A DNA stretch of 62,000 nt from Octopus vulgaris. Its lineage: Eukaryota. Below, in pieces: positions 52,545-62,000 of this stretch (positions within the stretch are counted from its first letter, which is position 1; the number at the start of each line of letters is the position of its first letter). A program made the translations under genes and the position numbers. The stretch lies in NCBI GenBank assembly GCA_951406725.2, contig OX597817.1, positions 117,882,001 through 117,944,000 on the forward strand. The letters run 5' to 3'. The notes under the pieces are model-generated. The model ran no database searches. It was not told the DNA's origin and saw only the letters and a list, made by a program, of their open reading frames with translations.

Positions 52545-52937
52545 TATACCCCATATACAATTCTTAGATACCATACACCTAAGCACCTTATTTTATCCTA
52601 TAGCCAATCTTTTACATCACCCCTACTCGACATCACTTTCGATCTATTTTATTTTATTTTCTTTCACCACTTGATAGCCACCTCCGCTACCATTCTGTTA
52701 TTGAACGTTGATATGTTCGCGTCTTTTTTTCCTGGATGCCTACTATATCAGGATTTTAACCCACATGAATCTACACAGGATTGCACCTAAGGGGTCATGC
52801 TCTTGTTTCTATAACTTTGGAACTTTGAACATTGAACTTTTATGCTTCTTTTTTATTCTTTCTGTCCATCTCCTTATTCTTTTACCTCCTTCTTCTCATT
52901 TTTGTATACCATTCTCATTTTCCCTATTTTCCCTATA

Positions 52938-52991
52938 TCTCTCATGACGGTTTATTCCATACTCGGTGATATCCCAGAAGCAGCTGTAAGA
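52938..52991 (+). ncRNA. Decayed hammerhead motif (CAGCTG family)
   Basis: TCT-CTCATGA-CGG...GATATCCCA-GAAG-CAGCTG-TA-AGA. Confidence 0.45.
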
Positions 52992-53895
52992 ACTTGAATC
53001 TTTTTCAATAATAATATCGTTTACGGCTTGAGATGTTTGCCTTGTCTTAATGTTTGTTGTCCTCCTTCACAATTATATATACGTGTGTGTGTGTGTGTGT
53101 GTATTTGTGTGTAAATATTTATATACATATGTCTGTATCCATGTGTGTATGGGTGCATATACCTATGCATATATATGTATATATGTATGGATATGTGTAT
53201 GACTACATTTGCTTGTATGTAGTGATAGGAAATGTAGCATGAAAATAATTTCGCTTTTTGTAATGAAAATGGAATCAATATTTTTTTAATAAAACTGATG
53301 CCAGTCTTCCATTACTTTTCGTCATTGAAATATCATTTACCTCTTAGTGAGTACATTTTTATATTAAGATGTTAAAATTTCTTTGAAAGCAATAATTTAC
53401 TTTCATAACAAATGTAGTTACGAAATGTGTACTTTAATTCTTTGTCCGTATGCTTAAAATATGATTACAGGGTTTGCGTTATTGTTACTAGAACAAAAGC
53501 ACCAAAATCAAAGAGTTTCTGGAGCTATATTCAAACCCAGGATTTAATTAATACTCTAAATAAAATTAAATGCGCTAGCGTAACATTAGAATTGTTTCTT
53601 CTAATACAAATTATCAATGGTTTCCCTTAGTTGTTGCAAATTGAACAATAATCGTTGTTTTAATCGCATGTGAAGCACAAACACATGTCACTCATTTTTA
53701 GATTAGCTGATTGCAGTGGAATTCAGTACAGATGCGTAATGTAACACACGGCTGTAATGCCTCAACAACCACTTACTTTCCTGACTGAGATGTAATATAG
53801 TGTATATAGCCAAAGTCTCATTTCTGCGTTTTATAGAATATCTAGCAATGCAACATGGTGTTGCCCGGGTGTTATAACCTACAGCCACATTGTGT

Positions 53896-53896
<1 letters not shown>

Positions 53897-53965
<69 letters not shown>

Positions 53966-54000
53966 TATATATATACAAATATATATATATATACATATAC

Positions 54001-54050
<50 letters not shown>

Positions 54051-54085
54051 ATATGTATGTATGTCTGTATGCATGTATGTATGTA
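53897..54085. repeat. Compound (AT)n(GT)n(ATGT)n microsatellite
   Basis: Direct reading. Confidence 0.95.
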
Positions 54086-56393
54086 TGAATACTCAATTTT
54101 CGAGTTCAAGCGGAATTTACGCACCAAAAATACTGCACAACCAACTGGTTTTGCAGTACACGTCTCGCATAGATGGGCAGTATTTTTCTTCTCTCTTCAC
54201 TGACGTTATCAGATCAGAAAATTTGCTTTCCATCGCACCATCCGTGTTATAATGCACGCACAACCACTGTGATAAATAGGGAGATTATAGCAAAATCCTT
54301 AAAAATACATTGCAACGTATGCAATGAATAATAAGCATGAATATATACAAACAGTTATAAGCAAATTTGCATAAATCGGGGTGAATGAAGGGAGAAATGT
54401 TAAAGGCAAAAATTCTCGAAAGATTTCACTCATCCCATCACGTATTTACCACACTTGAACTAATATAAGCGCTTACTGTTCCCAATCCTGTGGAAAATGT
54501 TATTCAATTTAAACCTGAGAAACATCATTTGGAATTCCTTTAGAGTTGTTTGCTACTAAGGATATCTACAGGGACAAATTGTTTTCGGTAGTAATGCCAG
54601 AAGTGATCACAATTATACCAGAACATGGTTCATGAGTCACATTTCTGTTACAAAATAGGGCTTTGCGCAAAAGAATGGTATCACAATACTTGAAAGGCAT
54701 TGTTTAGTCAATCATGGAATACCGAACACTTTCACATTGGCAGTTATGTTGTGGCACAAAGACCCTTATTGACGAAACATATGCCAATAATTGCCCTAAA
54801 ACAGCATGCTGTTTGGTCATATTCCGTTGACAAATAGGGTTTTGTGCATCACACCCCTTGTACATTGTGGCATTTTTTACACGGAAAGCATTAAAATTGG
54901 CGAAGTACGTTAGAACCAAATTCAAATATTGCCTGAAAATTTTCAGGCAATGGGACCAGAAGTTAATTATAGAAACAAACAAAAATTACAACACATATTA
55001 CAGCTTTAAATTTGCCCATGCCAATCATACATAAAGCAAACATATTTAAAATAGTTGAATTTATACGCTTCAATATTCTCCTTTTAGAATATAATCCCCG
55101 TTGTCAAAATCTGTGAAGCATGGACATAGGTAACTGCTATTTCAGACTTAATCCGTTAAAGCTTCCATATAACTAGTTACAAATGTACAAAAAGCTATTC
55201 TCGTTTTATCTTATTTCAATTTCATATGAAATATGTAACCCAGCGTACAGAAATAAGTATTAAAAAATAAATTAGAAGATAAATAGTGTAAATAATGCAG
55301 TTATCTATGTTTGTGGTTAACTATTCGATTTATGCGTCTTAGAAGGATTCGAAATATATTGTATTCAAATTACATACTTTCACAAGTTTGTTAATACAAG
55401 CAACTACAAATGCTTTCACAGTACATATATGTTCTTATTCATTCGTATATATATATATATTTAATAGAGAGAGAGAGAGACAGAGAGATAAATAGATAGA
55501 TAGATAGTTAGATAGATAGATACATACATACATACATTCATACATACGCAGACAAATTTGTCTTTATTTGATGTATATCAGTGACGAAATAATTGGAAAG
55601 GTATTGGCTACACATGCTATTCTGTATACTTAAATATACATTATGTGTTAGTATCTTCTTTTCAAGTTATATATGTGCGTGTATGTGTGCTAGTGCATAT
55701 CTCTACCGTTTCTGTGCGTATAATCATCAATGTATTTATGCATGCTTGTGCATATTTGTATGTCAACAAATATACATATTCTTACACGATTGTCAGTTAA
55801 TCTTTAAAAGCTCATATATTTGTGCTTTCGCTGAAACCTACAGAAGCAATAAATTCTTAAAGGTATGAAGATAGAACCTATTTCAGTTTTAATTTCATTC
55901 AGATTCTTGATGATTTATCGAAATATTTTTAGATTCGACTTTGAAACAAACAAATATATACACATTTTGAACGAAAAAATCCCCTGTTTTACAGTTCATA
56001 GGTACATAAATCTCCAAATTGATTAAATGACAACAAACGATTTTGTAGCCGAATAGTTTTATTCTCCTTCCATTCCATGCTCGGAAAAATAAATTCTGGG
56101 GAATTTTAAATAGAAATTAGAATAAGTGTAATTTCGATAGTTGAAAACACATGATGAAAATGATGAAAATGGCGTTGATAAGTAATTGAGAATTCATAAA
56201 TTTTTTAAAGCCTGGTGCATATTCTATTGCTTTCTTTCCCCGAAACCCTGAGTGACAGCAGCGTATACACACGAACACCGGTTGGCAAGCGGTGGTGAGG
56301 AACAAACACACACACATACACACACAAGCATACATATATAAGGCAGTGCTTCAGCATTGCCGTAATCAAATGACTGAAACAAGTAATGGTATG

Positions 56394-56445
<52 letters not shown>

Positions 56446-56524
56446 TTAAATATATATGAGGATGATATCGATATTTAAGTATCCATATTATCAAGTGGCC
56501 AGCATGGGAAAAATACCGTACAAA

Positions 56525-56765
56525 GGTAATAATTTTTAACACCAGCATGCCGAAATAGCAGTCGAAACTCTGACTATGAAAACCATATATATATATATGT
56601 ACAAGATAGACCTCTTTCAGTTTTCGTCTGCCAAATCCACACGAAAGGCTTTCGTCCGCCCGAGGCCATAGTAGAAGACGCTTGCCTAGAGTGTCACGCA
56701 GAGGAGTGGACCCGGAACCATGTTTTGGGAAGCAAACTTTTTTCCGCACATCCACGTCTGTGCCT
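56525..56765 (-). mobile_element. tRNA-derived SINE (family of 25868-26236)
   Basis: The minus strand reads CATGGTTCCGGGTCCACTCC..TAGGCAAGCGTCTTCTACTATGGCCTCGGGC...GGATTTGGCAGACGAAAACTGAAAG. Confidence 0.8.
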
Positions 56766-56997
56766 TGAATTATTTAGAAAAACATACCCGTTTGTTTTAC
56801 ACAAATGAAACAATATGCAAGCATATTAGTTACTATATTGAGATATTAATTACACGCATTTCTTACGTGTATAGCACATGCTTCGTAAGTAGCAAAATTA
56901 CGATCATTAAAAGTTAATATTTTACTTATTAAATATACCATTTTTTTACATTTTAACTTCTTAATGAAAATTTCATAATTCTGAAAATATAATTGTA

Positions 56998-57040
<43 letters not shown>

Positions 57041-57095
57041 AAAATAAAACAACGGAAAATACGCACGCTTATATAGTTATAGTATAATTTTTATG

Positions 57096-57130
57096 GTATC
57101 GACCGTTTTCGCAATCGCTATTCATGATAC
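57096..57130 (-). ncRNA. Hammerhead-like motif, A3-U8 variant (inverted pLTR of PLE-B)
   Basis: Reverse complement of 58401-58435, identical over the motif. Confidence 0.7.
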
Positions 57131-58400
57131 AATGTTTAATTTATATGAAAATATATTTTTTCTTAAGAAGAAAATGGGTCCATGTTGTTTATAATGAGAT
57201 TCATGAGTGAATGATTTTACAAGTTTTCAAGTAAAGGGAGGTATAAACCAACTGACGCAAAACAATATCTTCTTTTTAACTCATGGCACCCGAAACAGAT
57301 TAAAATAAACATCCCTTTTAACTTAGCAAAAAGGATCTGCACAATAGTGTCTGATGGAACAACTCGGGACCTTCGTCTTCAAGACCTCAAAACAACACTT
57401 ATTGAAAGACAATATCCACCCTCTCTTATTGAGGAGGGAATTAAACGTGCCAAACAATTAGACACAAAAACACTAAGAACAAAAAAACATAGCACCACAC
57501 CTCAAACCGAAACATTACTTTTTATATCAACACACAACCCTAGAAACAGTGAGGCATTCAACACTATTGTGCAAACTCTCACTTTACTAACTATGTATCC
57601 AAAAATGAACGACATCCTGAAAACACACAAACTCATCAACTGCAAAAAACAAGACAAATCGCTAAAGAGACTACTAACAAATGCGAAGCTTTACAAAACA
57701 ACCACGAAACCAACGGTTAAAAAATGTGGACGCTCGAACTGTGGAACCTGCCCCAACCTGCTTGAAAGCTCGGACTTCCTTTTCAAACAAGGACAGAGGT
57801 TAACAATTTAAACTAGGTTCACCTGTGCCTCTGAGAACCTAATTTATGTAATAACCTGCTCGGGTTGCAGTCATGAGTACATTGGACAAACGAGTTTAAT
57901 TTTGAGGAAGAGAATTACTCTGCATAAGGAGCAAATCCGTTTCCCGCAATACAGACAAATCCCTCTTAGTGAACACATAGAAAAATGTGCAGGTAACATC
58001 AAACCAAATTTTACAGCCTTCCCTTTCTACCAGTGCAAAGACACACTCTCTCAACTACAACGCTTAAATAAAGAAACTTTTTTCATTGAAAAATACAAAA
58101 CGCGTCTGGATAAGCACGCATAACCAATTTTTATATGTTTACATATTACATCACTGTACATAAATCCCCTACTAAACAAGGCCTCCCTTTTTTAAAACCT
58201 GTCTCCTTTCTGTACACATATTTTCCCCACCCAAAACCTAAACAGTTATCTCCCTTACAGACAACAATAACAATAATAACAACCAATTTCCTCCCTTTAC
58301 TTGTCAACTTGTAAAATCATTCACTCGTGAATCTCATTATAAACAACATGGATCCATTTTCTTCTTAAGAAAAAATATATTTTCATATAAATTAAACATT

Positions 58401-58435
58401 GTATCATGAATAGCGATTGCGAAAACGGTCGATAC
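58401..58435 (+). ncRNA. Hammerhead-like motif, A3-U8 variant (3' pLTR of PLE-B)
   Basis: GUAUC-AUGAAUA-GC(GAUU)GC-GAAA-ACGG-UC-GAUAC. Stem I is 5 bp, stem II is short, and the cleavage triplet is GUC. Confidence 0.7.
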
Positions 58436-58549
58436 GTTAAAAATTATACTATAACCATGTAAGTGTGCGTATTTTCCGTTTTTTTTTATTTTACTTATAT
58501 ACATTACAATCCACCACGTGGGGACAACCGAAATTCCTCTTTCTGTTAC

Positions 58550-58606
<57 letters not shown>

Positions 58607-59133
58607 ATAATATATATATGTTTGTATGTATATACACAGCGAGAGGAGGAGACAGAGAGAGAGAGACAAAGACAGAAAGAGAGACAGAGAGAGACAGAAA
58701 ATAGAGAGGGTGATCCGGTGATCCTTTGAAGGTGAGTACATTCGCGTTTGCTGTATTTCTGGCCATTTCTTCATATAGGATAATGAACTGTTTCCTGTGT
58801 TATATCTGCTATCATAATATGAAGCGAATACATTCACGTTTTACTCATACAAATCAGGATAACTAAAGATGAACCGATTTTGTGCTAAGGTATTCTAAAT
58901 ATATGTTAACCTTGATTTTAAATTTGCTAATATCTCCCAGCTGCTTAACGCTTTGCTAAAGGCATAAACATACAAGAACAATAACTTAAATTAATAGTCA
59001 CGTACACATGCACCTAGCCGCGTATCGCATTTCCTCACTCCCTCCTTAAGTATATATACATATATATATATATATACATATATATTTATACATATATATA
59101 TATATATATATATCAATATATATGTATACACAC

Positions 59134-59182
<49 letters not shown>

Positions 59183-59451
59183 AATATATGTACATATGTA
59201 TATACATATATATATATATATATGTATGTATGCATGTATATATATATAATTGGGAGGACAGAAAGAATATATCTTAATGAAAGTATACAGCTGTATAAGC
59301 AAACGTTCAAAATTTTAAATGAAAAATTTATAATCCAATTACATTTCAACGGCAACTGGTAGGATGCTGAACACATTAAAAACAAGAGCAATGTGTGAAT
59401 GCAGATATGTATACCATGGAAAATAGCAAATACAATGTAAAATACGCGAAC

Positions 59452-59487
<36 letters not shown>

Positions 59488-60289
59488 ATGTATGTATGTG
59501 TGTATGCGCACAAGAGAGAGACAGAGAGAGAGAGGGTGCATGTGTGCGTGTGGGAATGTACACGCATGTATTTAAGTGTGTATTTTCGAATAGCATGGGG
59601 TAGGCAGATACGTACGGCACATATTTCAAAAGACTCACCAACCGAATGTTACATGATTTCAAGGTACTAAACGAATACTTCATGTTCCTTCTCTCAGGCA
59701 ATATTTCTACCTGTGGCTTACAAGCTGTTAGTCGTCAAGACTTTGCCATGAGAAGCCGGGAAAAATTCATACAATTTCAACTGTCGAAGTGGAGTTAACT
59801 CTTGAAAGTTTAAGTAACCTCAACAAATTCCGGTAAAGTAGAAATGGGTTCCTTTTCTATGCATTCGTCATCTATATTTGGGGCTAACCAACTACATTAC
59901 CCTTTTCTACATTACCGAAGTTTGTTATATATATATACATATACATAATGTAAATGAGTAACGAAGATGTGCAGGTCTCAAATCATTAAACGACTCCTTT
60001 AATTGATTAATGAAAACATTACATCATTTGAAAGAAATTGTCCACGTCAGATAGCCAGATAGACTTCAAACATAGAGGATAAAACCAATGTTTTAACATA
60101 TTCATATCAATAATGGAACACAAAATACATTGTTTCTATTCTCTGGCAGAATGAGTTTAGAAAGTAACACATACTTAGTCAAATCTGCTATAATTTAGAG
60201 AGTAGCTGAGGAAATAGTGGGGATAGAATGTAGTTTTCAACCATCAAGAATCAGATCTATTGGGAGTTGTCAATCTTCAACTGCATACT

Positions 60290-61310
60290 CCATATTTTAT
60301 GAAAAAAAATATGCATAACTTTAAAACATATTTACCTTCATGCATCCACGTCAATTCGTAATTCAAATTACACAAATATTTCAAAATAGTTAGGAAGAAA
60401 AAGTCATGCTTCTTCGTTCTCAATTCAACACGTTTCTAATTTGTCATTGAACAGACGGCGGAAAGTTATGTATATATAGATATATATATATAGTGAGAGA
60501 GAGGAAGAGAGAGGGAGAAGAGCAGTTAAAAACATATCTTCCATGCGTTTTGAATGATCAAGGTTTAAATAAAACATCGACAATTCTCCTTGATTCGAAA
60601 TGATTGTAGACGGCGGGTGTTATGAATGAAGTTTATTTCAAACTTCACGTGGTTAATACAGAACTAGTTTCATGTCTAATGCTCACATTAAATAAACCAA
60701 TTTTTAAAATTAATTTAAATTTCAAAATACTGAATATTCTAATATTCTATATTTTGTGAAAAAAGTATGCATGACTTTAAAATATATTTACTTTCATTCA
60801 TCAACATCAATTCATAATTCAAGTTACTCAAATATTTCGAAACAGTTATGGAGAAAGAAAAAGTCTTGCTTCTTTGTTCACGCTTATGCATATTTGTTCC
60901 TCAAAATATGGAGCATAAAACTGAAGATTGTAGTATGTTTGTAATTTAAATTAAATTTCTTTTTTAAAATTGATTTATAAAATTTGTGCACTAAACATTA
61001 AACTAGTCCTGTATTAACCACGTTGACTTTGAAATAAACATCATTCATCAAGCCGGCTGTCTATAATAATTTCGAAACAAGGAGAATTGTTGATGTTTTT
61101 TTTAAACATTGATCATCCAGCACTCATAGACGATAAGTTTTTAGCTGCTCTTCTCCATCTATCTATGTGTCTCTCTCTCTATATATATATATACATAATT
61201 CGCCGTCGTCTGTTCAACAGAAAGTTAGAAGCGTGTTGAATTTTGAACGAAGAAGAATGGCTTTTCTTTCTCCATAGCAATTTTGAAATATTTTGAAATA
61301 TGTTGAAATA
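60290..61310. repeat. Diverged ~460-bp unit present as direct (60290-60750, 60750-60890) and inverted (60940-61310) copies
   Basis: For example, CAATTCAACACGTTTCTAA/TTAGAAGCGTGTTGAATT, ACAATTCTCCTTG/CAAGGAGAATTGT and CACGTGGTTAATACAG/CTGTATTAACCACG are mutual reverse complements. Confidence 0.85.
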
Positions 61311-61362
61311 TATATGTATATACATATGTATGCATATATACATATGTATATATATATGTGTG

Positions 61363-61407
<45 letters not shown>

Positions 61408-61459
61408 GTGTGTGTATTTGTGCGTTTGTGTCTTCCCATCACCGTCGCTTGACAACCGA

Positions 61460-62000
61460 TGTTTTTATTAGTTACTAGGACCTTCCCTTCCTATTCAATA
61501 CAATTAATTCAGAACTGGACAAGGTTTATCAATGGGTTATCGTTAATCGGCTTACACTTAATATTAACAAAAAAAATTTTACATGGTTTTCTCCACAAAG
61601 CCCCAACAGATACTTTCTAATGTCCTCATCGTAAGTAAAGCAATTTCAAATGCAACATCAACAAACATTCTCGGTATTCATATTGATAAGTATCTCACTT
61701 TCAAAACACATATAAGCAATTTATTAAAACAAAATTCCCGTACTCTTGGTATGTCAAATAGAATTTATTACCTTCTTCCTGAAAATATTACTGTAAAATT
61801 TATTATTCGTTAATATACTCAAAATTCTCTTACTGGGAGAATTGCAAAGTTCGGTTACTCAACTATGCCATTTATAAATCATGGAAGACTCCCAAAACAA
61901 AGAATCCTCAATCAAAATTTATATTAATTTTCCAAAATTGTAACCCAAGTATCTACGAAATTCATATCTATACCAGTAACTTTTGAAACATCTATATCAT
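61460..62000 (+). mobile_element. CR1/L2-like LINE RT C-terminal remnant (runs off the window)
   Basis: W..VNRLTLNINK, NILGIHIDKYLTFKTHISNLLKQNSRTLGM..RIYYLLP. Confidence 0.75.

Larger units (their letters stand above)
57041..58553 (+). mobile_element. 5'-truncated Neptune-type PLE (PLE-B) with an inverted pLTR at the truncation point, inserted in (AT)n
   Basis: Coding region 57243-58123 is homologous to the PLE-A thumb + EN (YKPTDAKQYLLFNSWHP, CGRSNCGTC, LIYVITCSGCSHEYIGQT) with one in-frame TAA at 57809-57811. 57041-57241 is the reverse complement of 58290-58493. (AT)n lies on both sides. Confidence 0.95.

Noticed and set aside
54928-54951. Perfect 24-bp palindrome ATTGCCTGAAAATTTTCAGGCAAT
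   Set aside because: It is real but isolated, with no second copy or linked feature in the window to suggest function.
12112-56765. tRNA-like A and B boxes
   Set aside because: They do not form a complete cloverleaf and each is followed by a SINE body, so they are SINE heads and not tRNA genes.

Overview
Repeat-dense, AT-rich, apparently intergenic or intronic animal DNA. The SINE families and the (AT)n/(GT)n/(GATA)n load look like Octopus or another coleoid cephalopod (inference, no search run). I cannot support any host protein-coding gene, and most listed ORFs are microsatellite or antisense artefacts. The window is dominated by Penelope-like elements (PLEs). These are a near-full-length Neptune-type RT + GIY-YIG element (4368-9599, minus), a 5'-truncated relative (57041-58553), and older PLE fragments (16.3-18.0, 19.9-20.4 and 36.5-37.0 kb). 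There are also two non-coding PLE-like terminal-repeat structures, a 2.56-kb foldback at 49.6-52.1 kb and a 140-bp tandem at 52.3-52.5 kb. Remnants of RTE and CR1/L2 LINEs, mariner, Helitron-like non-autonomous elements and tRNA-derived SINEs are also present. The most interesting signal is a set of minimal type-I hammerhead ribozyme motifs read by eye. Four intact-looking families (9 copies) all sit in repeats embedded in (AT)n. Their cores differ as CUGAAGA (canonical C3-G8), UUGACAA (U3-A8), AUGAAUA (A3-U8) and CCGACGA (U4C), so the 3-8 tertiary pair covaries across families. Two further decayed families are visible. Hammerheads in PLE pseudo-LTRs are an established phenomenon. Whether these particular variants are active or previously described needs the tests listed.
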